From: an uncultured delta proteobacterium
GTDB taxonomy: Bacteria > Desulfobacterota > Desulfobacteria > Desulfobacterales > UBA2156
Assembly: GCA_963698465.1 (NCBI GenBank)
Contig: CAVOQY010000004.1
Span: 227,609-291,608, forward strand
DNA: 64,000 nucleotides
Direction: 5' to 3'
Below, one piece after another: positions 1 to 9,776 of this stretch. Numbering within the stretch: the first letter of the stretch is position 1; the number at the start of each line of letters is the position of its first letter. The position numbers were made by a program, and so were the translations under genes. The notes under the pieces were generated by a model that did not search any database, had not been told where the DNA came from, and saw only the letters and a program-made list of their open reading frames with translations.

Positions 1-822
1 GAACATCGCCCGAACCTGATCATCTTCGGCAAGAGCATGACCCTTTACCGCGAGCCCGTCGCCCAAATCAGGGAAAGGGTGGACGCCATGGGTCTGGACT
101 GCATCATTTTGTACGACATGGCCCATGTTCTGGGGCTGGCAGGACCTCTTTTCCAGGAACCCTTCGCGGAGGGGGCGGATCTCGTCACCGGATCCACCCA
201 TAAGACCTTTTTCGGAACCCAGAGAGGTATCATCGCCTCGGACTTCACCCTTGAGGACCCCCGCTACGAATTCTGGGAGGCGGTCCAACGCCGCACCTTC
301 CCCGGCAGCACCAGCAACCACCACCTGGGGACCCTCCTGGGGCTCCTCATGGCTACCTACGAGATGAACCATTTCAAAAAACCCTACCAGGCCCAGGTGT
401 TTGCCAACGCAAAAGCATTCGCCCGGGCCTTGGCGGACTGTGGCCTGGACGTGGCCGGCGATCCCGGGATTTCCTTTACCGAGACCCACCAGGTGATCCT
501 CAACGTGGGATATGCCAAGGGGCCGGAAATCGCCCGGCGCCTGGAGGAAAACAACATCATCGTGAATTACCAGGCCGGCCCCCTGGATGAGGGGTTCACC
601 GCCTCGGGATCCCTCCGCACGGGCGTCCAGGAAATGACCCGTTTCGGGATGAAAGAGCCTGATTTCCATCAGTTGGCTCAGCTCTTTTCGGATGTCGTCA
701 TCCGGAATCGATCCGTGAAGGATGAGGTGGTCCGGTTCCGGAAAGCCTTCCTGGACATGCACTTCACCTTTTCCCCGGACCGTTTCAATGGCCTGGCCAA
801 ACAGCTCTTTTCTTTAATGTGA
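1..822 (+). CDS. glyA: Serine hydroxymethyltransferase, C-terminal part (5' end outside window)
   Basis: Frame open from base 1 (EHRPNLIIFGKSM...); YDMAHVLGL, PLP-lysine motif TGSTHKTFFG, TETHQVILNV, SLRTGVQEMTRFGMKE. Confidence 0.85.
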   Translation, partial: EHRPNLIIFGKSMTLYREPVAQIRERVDAMGLDCIILYDMAHVLGLAGPLFQEPFAEGADLVTGSTHKTFFGTQRGIIASDFTLEDPRYEFWEAVQRRTFPGSTSNHHLGTLLGLLMATYEMNHFKKPYQAQVFANAKAFARALADCGLDVAGDPGISFTETHQVILNVGYAKGPEIARRLEENNIIVNYQAGPLDEGFTASGSLRTGVQEMTRFGMKEPDFHQLAQLFSDVVIRNRSVKDEVVRFRKAFLDMHFTFSPDRFNGLAKQLFSLM

Positions 823-844
823 GGCCCTTTTCCCAACCGACCCT

Positions 845-1876
845 ATGGATGCCCCCAGGAGGCTGAAAACCGTTTCCGTTGCCGTTTTTCTGGGCTATCT
901 TGCCTTTTGCGTGGGCGTGCTGTTTTTTCTGGAGATCCGCCACTTTTCCATGACGCCGGCCGGATTGAACGCCGACGTTAAATCCTTTACCGTCCGAAAG
1001 GGGGAGACTTTCAAAACCGTTGCCGGACGGCTTTACCGGGAAGCCTTCGTCCGAAGTGCATTGAAACTGCGCCTTTATGCCCGCCTCACCGGAGACGCCC
1101 GCCGTATCCGAGCCGGCGAATACGCCCTGTCCGCGGCAAAGACGCCCGCCGCCCTCCTGGAGGTCCTGACCTCCGGGAGGGTGATCCAGCACCGGGTCAC
1201 GATTCCTGAAGGATACTCCCTTTCCCAGATCGCCGGGCTCCTGGAAGACGCAGGGTTGGCGGACAGGAAGGCCTTCATCAAGGCCGCCACCGATCCTTTG
1301 ACCACCGCCGCGCTCGGCATCGAGGCCCCTTCCCTCGAAGGCTACCTCTTCCCCGAGACCTATTCCTTTCCCCGCCCGGTTTCACCGGAAAAGATCCTTT
1401 CCGTCATGGTGGAGGCTTTTCAAAAAGCGATCCCCTCCCGGTGGCAGGAAGATGCGGCCAAGGCCGGCCTCTCCCTGCACCAGGTTGTCACCCTGGCTTC
1501 CATGATCGAAAAGGAAACGGGCGCCGCCTTCGAGCGACCCGTCATCTCTTCGGTCTTTCACAACCGACTTAAAAAGAAGATGCGCCTGGAAAGCGACCCC
1601 ACGGTGATCTACGGCATCGAGAACTTCGACGGAAACCTCACGCGGGAACATCTCAGCCGGCCCACCCCCTACAATACCTACCGGATCTTCGGCCTGCCCC
1701 CCGGGCCCATCGCCAATCCGGGGGCAGGCGCCCTCGAGGCGGCCGTTTATCCCGCCAAGACGCGATTCTTGTATTTCGTTTCCAAAAACGACGGAACCCA
1801 CCACTTTTCCGAAGACGTCCGGGAGCACCTATCGGCGGTCCGCCGGCACCAGCTCAAAAGGAAAAAAGCGCCATGA
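845..1876 (+). CDS. mltG: Endolytic transglycosylase MltG (YceG family)
   Basis: N-terminal TM; VTIPEG, LEGYLFPETY, LASMIEKET, LESDPTVIY, YNTYRIFGLPPGPIANPG. Confidence 0.95.
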   Translation: MDAPRRLKTVSVAVFLGYLAFCVGVLFFLEIRHFSMTPAGLNADVKSFTVRKGETFKTVAGRLYREAFVRSALKLRLYARLTGDARRIRAGEYALSAAKTPAALLEVLTSGRVIQHRVTIPEGYSLSQIAGLLEDAGLADRKAFIKAATDPLTTAALGIEAPSLEGYLFPETYSFPRPVSPEKILSVMVEAFQKAIPSRWQEDAAKAGLSLHQVVTLASMIEKETGAAFERPVISSVFHNRLKKKMRLESDPTVIYGIENFDGNLTREHLSRPTPYNTYRIFGLPPGPIANPGAGALEAAVYPAKTRFLYFVSKNDGTHHFSEDVREHLSAVRRHQLKRKKAP

Positions 1877-2889
1877 GCCTTTCCCCATCCGATTCGATCC
1901 TGGCCGGTATTCGAATCATGGCCGGTTTCGACGGCACGGCCCTCGATGCGGACCTGAAGCACCTAATCCGCGATATCGGGATTTCGGGTCTTATCCTGTT
2001 TAAAAAAAACATCGTCACACCGGGACAGATCCGGGAACTGACCCGGTCGGTCCAGGAATACGCCGCTTCCTGCGGAAAGAGTCCCCTGTTCATCGCCGTG
2101 GATCAGGAGGGGGGGGAAGTGGCCCGACTGAAGAAGCCTTTCTTTACGGAATTTCCGGGAAACCCCCACGTCGCAAATCTCGAGGAGGCGCGCCGCTTCG
2201 CCGAGGTGACCGCTTCCGAGCTTCGGGGCGTGGGGATCAACATGGATATGGCGCCGGTGCTGGATGTGGTCCCCGCCGGGATCGGCGGCGTCATGCGGGG
2301 AAGGGCCTTCGGGGATGACCCCGTTCGGGCGTCGCATCTGGGCCGGGTGGTCATCGCCCATCTGCAGCAAAGCGGTGTTCTCGCGGTGGCCAAGCATTTT
2401 CCGGGGATGGGCCGGGCCGTCAAGGACCCCCACCTCGACTCCACCGGCATCGATGCTTCCCTTCCGGAAATGGAGGCCTTTGACCTGCTCCCCTTTAAAG
2501 AGGCCATCGCCGGGGGTGTCTCCGGGATCATGCTCTCCCATCTCGTCTATGGTGGGATCGATCCGGATTGGCCCGCCAGCCTCTCGACGGTTCTCGCCCG
2601 GGACCTCCTGCAGCGTCGGATGGCCTTTTCAGGACTCGTCATCACCGATGATCTGGACATGGGAGCCGTCGACGGGCACTACCCCGTGGAACTCCTGGCC
2701 GAACGGATCCTCGAAGCGCACATCGATATCGCCCTGATCTGCCACCGAACCGGAAAGATCGAGAAGTTCTTTACGGCTGCTTTAAAGATCCTCCGCGAGT
2801 CCCCCGGCGTCAGGGAATCGTGCATCGCCGCTCACGAAAAGATCGCCGGGATCAAACGCGCCCTCTTAAAGCCTTCGTCCGTGCCCTGA
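1873..2889 (+). CDS. nagZ: Beta-N-acetylhexosaminidase (GH3)
   Basis: IAVDQEGGEVARL, APVLD, KHFPGMG..DPH, VITDDLDMGA; ATGA overlap with mltG. Confidence 0.9.
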   Translation: MSLSPSDSILAGIRIMAGFDGTALDADLKHLIRDIGISGLILFKKNIVTPGQIRELTRSVQEYAASCGKSPLFIAVDQEGGEVARLKKPFFTEFPGNPHVANLEEARRFAEVTASELRGVGINMDMAPVLDVVPAGIGGVMRGRAFGDDPVRASHLGRVVIAHLQQSGVLAVAKHFPGMGRAVKDPHLDSTGIDASLPEMEAFDLLPFKEAIAGGVSGIMLSHLVYGGIDPDWPASLSTVLARDLLQRRMAFSGLVITDDLDMGAVDGHYPVELLAERILEAHIDIALICHRTGKIEKFFTAALKILRESPGVRESCIAAHEKIAGIKRALLKPSSVP

Positions 2890-3897
2890 CGTCTGGTCCT
2901 CAACCGGCCGTTTTCTGGAATAGACGTCGTCTTTCAACCCGCTCGATTCGCCTCTCTTCAGCCGATGGTATCCCGCGTGGGCGATCATGACCGCGTTGTC
3001 CCCGCACAGGGTTACAGGCGGGATGCATACGGCGATCCCTTTTTCCTTTGCTTCGTTTTGCATCCGTTCCCGGAGCCGGGAGTTCGCCGCCACCCCGCCC
3101 ACCAGGGCCAGGTGTGTGCATCCTGTCTCCTGGGCCGCGCGGATGGCCTTGGCGACCAGGACCTCCACCACCGCTTCCTGGAATCCGGCGGCGATGTCTG
3201 GCAGGGCGCTTGGATCATCGTGATGGGCATGGATATGCCGGTTCACCGCAGTCTTGACGCCGCTGAAACTGAAATCGAAGGAAGACGGATCCAGAAAGGC
3301 CCGGGGGAAGCGGTAAACATCAGGATCCCCCTTTCGGGCGGCCCGGTCGATGGCCGGCCCGCCTGGATACCCGAGCCCCAACATTTTGGCTACCTTGTCG
3401 AAGGCTTCCCCGGCGGCGTCATCCCTTGTTTTTCCCAACAGGCCGTAGTCGAGGAAATGCTCCACCCGGTACAGCGCCGTGTGCCCCCCTGATACCAGTA
3501 AGGCGACGAAGGGAAACGACGGGGGCTCTTGGGCGAAAAAGGCGCTGTGGATGTGTCCTTCCAGGTGATCCACGCCCACCCAGGGGAGACCGCAGGCATA
3601 GGCCAGGGATTTGGCAAAGGAAAAACCCACCAGCAGGGATCCCACCAGGCCCGGACCCTGGGTCACCGCCACCCCGTCGAGCGCATCGATGGCGACCCCC
3701 GCTTCCTTCAGGGACTCCCGTACCACGTCCACGACAGCTTCCAGGTGCTTCCGGGAGGCCAGCTCCGGGACCACACCCCCGAAGGGATGGTGCACCGCTA
3801 TCTGCGAGGCCACCACCGAGGACAGGATCCGCAGTCCATCCTCCGTCACGGCGGCTGCGGTTTCGTCGCACGAGGTTTCGATTCCCAGTACGATCAT
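2866..3897 (-). CDS. tsaD: tRNA N6-adenosine threonylcarbamoyltransferase TsaD
   Basis: Start moved to MIVLGIETSCDET (3897); GGVVPELASRKH, HLEGH, LLVSGGHT, GEAFDKVA, DNAVMIA. Confidence 0.95.
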   Translation of the reverse strand: MIVLGIETSCDETAAAVTEDGLRILSSVVASQIAVHHPFGGVVPELASRKHLEAVVDVVRESLKEAGVAIDALDGVAVTQGPGLVGSLLVGFSFAKSLAYACGLPWVGVDHLEGHIHSAFFAQEPPSFPFVALLVSGGHTALYRVEHFLDYGLLGKTRDDAAGEAFDKVAKMLGLGYPGGPAIDRAARKGDPDVYRFPRAFLDPSSFDFSFSGVKTAVNRHIHAHHDDPSALPDIAAGFQEAVVEVLVAKAIRAAQETGCTHLALVGGVAANSRLRERMQNEAKEKGIAVCIPPVTLCGDNAVMIAHAGYHRLKRGESSGLKDDVYSRKRPVEDQTSGHGRRL

Positions 3898-3911
3898 GAA
3901 GTCGCCTCCGC

Positions 3912-5768
3912 TCAGGCCGGCTTTTCGGCAGGACTTCTTTCGGTGGCCTCGAGGCTCATCTCGTCCAAATGGACGGAAAAGCGCCTCAGGAAGAGGGCAT
4001 TCGTCCTGCAAAACGCCTTGACCGCGTCAATACGGGATGGTTCGGCGTCGGTAAAGGAGAGAAGCAGCCCGCCCGCCGGGTGCTTCTTCAGGATTGTCTC
4101 CAGATCGCTGAAAGAACCGAGGATCGGATACCCGTTGAGTTTCCGTCCGGTTTTCAGGGGATCGTCGTCGATGAACCCGATGGGCCTGATGTGCAGGTCC
4201 TGGTTGTTGAGGATCTCCCTCAGCAGAATTTCTCCGCCGCGGCCGGCGCCGTAAATGAGAACGGCGTCTCCGACCAGGGCCTTCCGCCGCAGGGTGTCCC
4301 TGAAGAGGCGGAAGGAGCTCCGGGTCCCCATGAGCAGCCCTGTGATGAGAATCCAGTCGATGACAAAGATCCCTTTCGAAAAATCCTCGAACCGGAAAAT
4401 GAAGGTGACCGCTGCCACGGACAGCATGGTCCCTGCGGCGGTGGCCTTGAGATAGACGAACACATCGCTGGAGCTCATATACCGCCAGATGCCCCGATAG
4501 ACACCGAGGGTGAAAAAGGCCAGGAACTTGCAGGCGATCACCGCCGGAAGCGACCGGAGAAAGACCCTGAAATAGAGGTCGAAGGCATCGGTATCGAAAC
4601 GGAGGCGGTACGAAAGGTAATAGGCAAAGGAAATGAGACCGAAATCAAGGATCACCAAAAGGATTTGGCGCTTGTAGGTCAGCTCCACCAGAATCGGCGT
4701 GTACGACCGGCCCCGGAGCAGGGAAAACTCCTTTTCAGGATAAACCCGGATCTGGGCGAGATAAACGCCCATCAGGATCATGGAAAGCGCCACCGGAAGG
4801 ATCACGCCCGGAGAGGTGAGCGTATCGCTGCGATCCACGAAGACGGCGGCAAAGCCGGACACCGCGCCGATGGTACACAGGAAGAAGACTGCACCCCGTT
4901 CGGACAGCCCCATGAGCACCAAACGGTGGGAGGTGTGATCCTTTCCCCCGATGGAGGCTTTCCGTCCACTCAAGATCCGGATCAGGGTCACCAGAGTGGT
5001 GTCCAGGATAGGGACCATCAGGATCATGACCGGAACGGCGTAGGCCGAAACCCGGTTTCCGGAGCCATTTTGAGTATAAAGCATCGCCAGCATGGCAAGA
5101 AAAAAGCCGATGGAAAGGCTTCCGCTGTCACCCATGAAGATGGAGGCCGGGTTGAAGTTGTAAACCAGAAACGCGGCCAGGGCTCCTGCCAGAATCAGGG
5201 CCATGAAAAAGGGGCGTTCCGACGTGCCGAAAAACAGGACCGCAAGCGCCAGCGCCGCCACCAGACCAACGCCCGCACACAGACCGTCCATGTTGTCCAG
5301 GAGGTTGAAGGCATTGGTGATTCCGACGACCCATACGATGGTCACCATCGTATCCAGGGTCAAAGAGACGAACCAGTTCAGCCTAAAGCCCAAAAAGGCG
5401 ATAAAGGAGGCCACCACGATCTGGCCCATGAGCTTGGTGTGGGGCTTGATCTTGATGAAATCGTCCAAAAGGCCGAGCAGAAAGAGGGCGGTGACCCCCA
5501 GCCAAACGGCCGCCCCCGGAGAAGCGGGCAGATTGACGACGGCCGACCGGGCCATATGAGGAAGAAGGGTGGCAAAGTCGGACATAAAAAAAAGGGGCAG
5601 GGAGATCCCGGCATAGATGGCGATCCCGCCGAGCATGGCCGTGGGCTTCTTGTGCCACCGCTCCTGGGAAGGCTGTGCCATCCAGCCCTTTCCGAGGGCC
5701 GCCTTCCGGACCAGCGGCGTCAATACCAGGCACAGAAAAAAAGAAGCACCGAAAAGGCCGTATTCCAT
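3912..5768 (-). CDS. MraY/WecA-family polyprenyl-phosphate sugar-1-phosphate transferase fused to a C-terminal 4TM + Rossmann-like module
   Basis: GLLDD, NAFNLLDNMDGL, FMGDSGS, DHTSHRL; C-terminal YRGIWRY, VLIYGAGRGG, GFIDDDP; start taken at MEYGLFG (5768). Confidence 0.85.
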   Translation of the reverse strand: MEYGLFGASFFLCLVLTPLVRKAALGKGWMAQPSQERWHKKPTAMLGGIAIYAGISLPLFFMSDFATLLPHMARSAVVNLPASPGAAVWLGVTALFLLGLLDDFIKIKPHTKLMGQIVVASFIAFLGFRLNWFVSLTLDTMVTIVWVVGITNAFNLLDNMDGLCAGVGLVAALALAVLFFGTSERPFFMALILAGALAAFLVYNFNPASIFMGDSGSLSIGFFLAMLAMLYTQNGSGNRVSAYAVPVMILMVPILDTTLVTLIRILSGRKASIGGKDHTSHRLVLMGLSERGAVFFLCTIGAVSGFAAVFVDRSDTLTSPGVILPVALSMILMGVYLAQIRVYPEKEFSLLRGRSYTPILVELTYKRQILLVILDFGLISFAYYLSYRLRFDTDAFDLYFRVFLRSLPAVIACKFLAFFTLGVYRGIWRYMSSSDVFVYLKATAAGTMLSVAAVTFIFRFEDFSKGIFVIDWILITGLLMGTRSSFRLFRDTLRRKALVGDAVLIYGAGRGGEILLREILNNQDLHIRPIGFIDDDPLKTGRKLNGYPILGSFSDLETILKKHPAGGLLLSFTDAEPSRIDAVKAFCRTNALFLRRFSVHLDEMSLEATERSPAEKPA

Positions 5769-6029
5769 GATGTCTTGCCGTTTTACTTCGCGGGTGCCGG
5801 CGAATTCCAACCGCCTGCCATCGGGCTTGTCGAAGGCACAGTCTTGCGGATCAGGGCACCCGCCCGGTGCCCCTCGGACCGACCCCTCAGGCTTTGCACC
5901 AGGCTTTGTCCCGACTCCCTCTTTCGAGCCATTTCAGGAAAGACAGAAACGGGACCGCCATTCTTCGCGCCACGGAAGGCTTTGTTTCGGGCGCAACGGA
6001 TTCTTCTTCCGTTTTACCTTTAAAACCCG

Positions 6030-7073
6030 CTATCGCCATCGGACCCTCTGCCCGTCTTCCGAACGCTTGACGACCTCTCCGATGACGAACCCTTTCTCAT
6101 TCAATCCGCTCAGCCGGACCAAAACATCCTGGACGGCCTCGTCCGGGAGGATCGCCACCATGCCGATGCCGTTGTTGAAGGTTTTCAGCATTTCCGCCTC
6201 GGACAGCTCCCCGGCCTCTTTCAGGAAGGAAAAGATCGGTGGCACCTCCCAGCTGTCCTTGTCAAAGACAACGCCGCAGGCTTCAGGAAGGATGCGCGGC
6301 ACATTCCCTGTGAGGCCCCCGCCCGTGATGTGGGCCAGGCCGTGGATGGGGCAGTCCTTCATGAGGGCCTGGACCGTCTTGACATAAATCCGCGTGGGGG
6401 TCAGAAGCGCCTCTCCCAGCGGTTGTCCCAGGCGGGAAACGGCGTCTTTGACATTCAGATTCAACACCTCGAAGCAGATCTTTCGCGCGAGCGAAAATCC
6501 GTTGGAGTGCAGTCCGCTGGATGCGATCCCCACCAGTTTATCCCCCACAGCGATCTCGCTGCCGTCGATGACTTTCCGGTTGTCCACGATGCCTACGGCA
6601 AAACCGGCCAGGTCGTACTCGTTTTTTTGATACAGGCCCGGCATCTCCGCGGTCTCTCCTCCCAGCAGAGCGCACTGGGCCTCCTGGCATCCCACGACGA
6701 TCCCTTTCACGATGGCGGTGGCGGTCTGTGGATCGAGGGTCCCCATGGCGATATAGTCCAAAAAAAACAAGGGTTTGGCTCCATGGACGACGATATCGTT
6801 GACGCACATGGCCACCAGGTCGACCCCCACGGTGTCGTGGGTTTGAGTTAAAAATGCGATTTTGAGCTTGGTGCCCACCCCGTCGGTGGAGCTCACCAGG
6901 ACCGGGCTTGTGATGTTTTGAAGGTTGAGGGAATAAAGGCCTCCGAAACCGCCGATTCCGCCGATCACCCTGGAATTGGACGTCTCTTTGGCCATTTCCT
7001 TGATCCGGTCCACGAAACGGTCGGCTTTTTCGATATCCACACCCGCATCCGCATAGGTCAACGGCTTGGTCAT
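6030..7073 (-). CDS. purM: Phosphoribosylformylglycinamidine cyclo-ligase (AIR synthetase)
   Basis: LTYADAGVDI, STDGVGTK, GGETAEMPG, SSGLHSNGFSL, AHITGGG. Confidence 0.97.
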   Translation of the reverse strand: MTKPLTYADAGVDIEKADRFVDRIKEMAKETSNSRVIGGIGGFGGLYSLNLQNITSPVLVSSTDGVGTKLKIAFLTQTHDTVGVDLVAMCVNDIVVHGAKPLFFLDYIAMGTLDPQTATAIVKGIVVGCQEAQCALLGGETAEMPGLYQKNEYDLAGFAVGIVDNRKVIDGSEIAVGDKLVGIASSGLHSNGFSLARKICFEVLNLNVKDAVSRLGQPLGEALLTPTRIYVKTVQALMKDCPIHGLAHITGGGLTGNVPRILPEACGVVFDKDSWEVPPIFSFLKEAGELSEAEMLKTFNNGIGMVAILPDEAVQDVLVRLSGLNEKGFVIGEVVKRSEDGQRVRWR

Positions 7074-7127
7074 CGTCTTGTCCTAAAACTTTTTTTGTTC
7101 CAGATGAAAACGCTTAAAGGCCCGAAA

Positions 7128-7156
7128 AAGCTATCTGCAAAGCCTTTGAAAGTCAA
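7128..7156 (-). promoter_or_regulatory. Putative sigma70 promoter for purM
   Basis: Minus strand TTGACT-17 nt-TAGCTT about 55 nt upstream of purM. Confidence 0.5.
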
Positions 7157-7241
7157 AAGCTTTTTTTTTGACAAGCCCTTTATCCTATTGTAAGGAGGGT
7201 TTTTTATGTGTCTTTTCGAGAACCTGGAATAGGTGAAAATC

Positions 7242-8444
7242 ATGTCCCGTTTTGCGCGCTTGGACCGGCTCCCGCCCTATGTCTTTGCTTCGGTGAACCG
7301 GATCAAGATGGAGGCCAGGCAGGCCGGAGAGGACATCATCGACCTGGGAATGGGGAACCCCGACCTGGGAACGCCGCCGCACATCGTCGACAAGCTCGTC
7401 GAAGCCGCCCGGAAACCCCACAACCACCGGTATTCGGCTTCCATGGGAATCACCAAGCTCCGTTCGGCCATCTCCAGCTGGTACAAGCGGCGCTTCGACG
7501 TGGACATCGACCCGGAAGCCGAGGCCATCGTCACCATAGGCGTCAAGGAAGGGATTTCCCACCTGATCCTGGTGACCATCCGGCCGGGGGATGTGGTCTT
7601 CGCACCGAACCCCACCTATCCCATCCATCCTTACTCGGCCGTCATCGCCGGGGGAGACGTGCGGGGAATTCCAACAGGGCCCGACGAGGATTTTTTCGAC
7701 AATCTCATGCGCGCCACCAAGCAAACCTGGCCCAGGCCGAAAATCCTCATCCTGTCTTACCCCCACAACCCCACGACCCAGGTCGTGGAGCCGGCTTTCT
7801 TCGAAAAGATCGTGGATTATGCCAAGGCCCACGACATCATGGTCATCCACGACTTTGCCTACGCCGATCTGGTCTTCGACGGCTACAGGGCGCCCAGCTT
7901 CCTCCAGGCCAAAGGGGCCAAGGAGGTCGGCGTCGAGTTTTTCTCCCTTTCCAAGAGCTACAACATGCCGGGCTGGCGCGTGGGGTTCTGCGTGGGAAAT
8001 CCCGAGATCGTGGCCGCCCTGCGCCGGATCAAGAGCTACCTGGACTACGGCGTCTTCCAGCCCATCCAGATCGCCTCCATCATCGCCCTGAACGGGGAAA
8101 ACGAAATGGACCTCAAAAACGACCTCCGGGATCGGCAGCCCTGCGTGGAGAAGATCGTGGAGGTCTACCGCCGCCGCCGTGACGCCCTGATCGCCGGACT
8201 GGAGCGGGTCGGCTGGCACGTCCCCTCCCCGAAAGGCACCATGTTCGTCTGGGGCAAGCTCCCGGAAAAATACGAGAAAATGGGATCCGTCGCCTTCTCG
8301 GAAATGCTGATCCGCAAGGCACGGGTCGCCGTATCCCCCGGGCTGGGATTCGGGGAATACGGAGATGAGTATGTCCGTTTCGCCCTCATCGAAAACGAGA
8401 TGCGCATCAACCAGGCGGTGAGGGGAATTCGAAAAATCCTCTAG
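7242..8444 (+). CDS. alaC: PLP-dependent class I/II aminotransferase (AlaC/YfdZ-like)
   Basis: [56 protein letters not shown]; upstream of hom. Confidence 0.8.
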   Translation: MSRFARLDRLPPYVFASVNRIKMEARQAGEDIIDLGMGNPDLGTPPHIVDKLVEAARKPHNHRYSASMGITKLRSAISSWYKRRFDVDIDPEAEAIVTIGVKEGISHLILVTIRPGDVVFAPNPTYPIHPYSAVIAGGDVRGIPTGPDEDFFDNLMRATKQTWPRPKILILSYPHNPTTQVVEPAFFEKIVDYAKAHDIMVIHDFAYADLVFDGYRAPSFLQAKGAKEVGVEFFSLSKSYNMPGWRVGFCVGNPEIVAALRRIKSYLDYGVFQPIQIASIIALNGENEMDLKNDLRDRQPCVEKIVEVYRRRRDALIAGLERVGWHVPSPKGTMFVWGKLPEKYEKMGSVAFSEMLIRKARVAVSPGLGFGEYGDEYVRFALIENEMRINQAVRGIRKIL

Positions 8445-8456
8445 GGGGAATCGTCC

Positions 8457-9776
8457 ATGAAAACCATTCAAGTGGGCCTTTTGGGGTGCGGAACCGTGGG
8501 TACCGGGGTCGCCCGGATTCTAACGGAAAAAGAGGCCTTGCTGAAAGCCCGGGTGGGAGCGAACATCCACCTCAAGAGCGTGGCGGAAATCGATCTGAAA
8601 AAGGACCGGGGTATCCGCTTCAAGAAGGGCGTTTTGACCCCGGATGCCTTCGGGGTCGTCGATGACCCTGACATCGACATCGTCGTGGAGATGATCGGAG
8701 GCCAGAAGGTCGCCAGGGACCTGATCCTGCGCGCCATCGATAACGGCAAGCATGTGGTGACGGCCAACAAGGCACTGCTGGCCACACACGGAAACACGCT
8801 TTTTCTGGCCGCCCTGAAAAAAAAGGTGGACCTGGCTTTCGAAGCCAGCGTCGGAGGATGCATGCCCGTCATCAAGGCCATCCGGGAATCCCTGGTGGGC
8901 AACCGGATCCAGTCCATGATCGGCATCCTCAACGGGACCTGCAACTACATCCTCACCCGGATCACCCAGGAAGGGGCCACCTTCCAAGAGGCGCTGGCCC
9001 AGGCCCAGGAGCAGGGGTACGCCGAGGCCGATCCGACCCTGGACGTGGAAGGCCTGGACACGGCCCACAAGCTGGCGATCCTGTCGGCGATTGCCTACGG
9101 GATGAAGGTCAACCTCAAAGACATCTATGTGGAGGGGATCTCCGGGATCACGCCCCTTGACATCGATTTCGCCCGCCAGTTCGGGTACACGGTGAAGCTT
9201 CTGGCCATCAGCAAGAACCTCACGGACCGCGTGGAAGCCCGGATCCACCCCACCATGATCCCGGAGGACAACCTCCTTTCCAGCGTGAGCGGCGCGGTCA
9301 ACGCCGTGACCCTCACCGGGGACAGCGTGGGAGATGTCATGCTCTACGGGTACGGGGCAGGGATGATGCCGACGGCCAGCGCCGTAGTGGCGGACCTGGC
9401 GGACCTGGCGCGGAACCTGATCTCCGGAAGCCGCCCCCTTCGGGTCCCCATGCTCTCGTATCAAAAAACCCGCATCCGGGCGATCCCGGTGGTTCCCATC
9501 GGGGAGATCTCCACCCACTATTATTTTCGGTTTTCAGCCCTCGACGAGCCCGGAGTGCTCTCCAAAATCTCCGGCGTGCTGGGAAAATACGGCATCAGCA
9601 TCCGGTCCGTCCAGCAGAAGGGAAGAAAGGCCAACGGCTCCGTCCCGGTGGTGATGCTCACCCATCGCGCCCGGGAAAAGAACGTGACGCGCGCCCTGTC
9701 GGAAATCAGTACCATGGAGGTGGTGGACACCAAGCCGATCCTCATCCGCATCGAGGAGGAAGAGTCTAAGGAATGA
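8457..9776 (+). CDS. hom: Homoserine dehydrogenase with C-terminal ACT domain
   Basis: GCGTVG, HVVTANK, FEASVGG, GILNGTCNYIL, GYAEADP, GAGMMPTASAV; ACT DEPGVLSKI. Confidence 0.95.
   Translation: MKTIQVGLLGCGTVGTGVARILTEKEALLKARVGANIHLKSVAEIDLKKDRGIRFKKGVLTPDAFGVVDDPDIDIVVEMIGGQKVARDLILRAIDNGKHVVTANKALLATHGNTLFLAALKKKVDLAFEASVGGCMPVIKAIRESLVGNRIQSMIGILNGTCNYILTRITQEGATFQEALAQAQEQGYAEADPTLDVEGLDTAHKLAILSAIAYGMKVNLKDIYVEGISGITPLDIDFARQFGYTVKLLAISKNLTDRVEARIHPTMIPEDNLLSSVSGAVNAVTLTGDSVGDVMLYGYGAGMMPTASAVVADLADLARNLISGSRPLRVPMLSYQKTRIRAIPVVPIGEISTHYYFRFSALDEPGVLSKISGVLGKYGISIRSVQQKGRKANGSVPVVMLTHRAREKNVTRALSEISTMEVVDTKPILIRIEEEESKE

Noticed and set aside
3969-6023. Long antisense ORFs (684 aa here; also 7185-8471, 29951-31366, 55708-56826, 61361-62527)
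   Set aside because: They mirror well-supported genes on the opposite strand, show no motifs, and are expected shadows in GC-rich DNA.
5769-6029. Leader of the WecA fusion with a CTC-GAAA-GAG hairpin and repeated CAAAGCC, reminiscent of a c-di-GMP-I riboswitch
   Set aside because: The GGCAAA / GACGCAAAGC junctions and second stem are not in the required arrangement; an Rfam scan would be needed.
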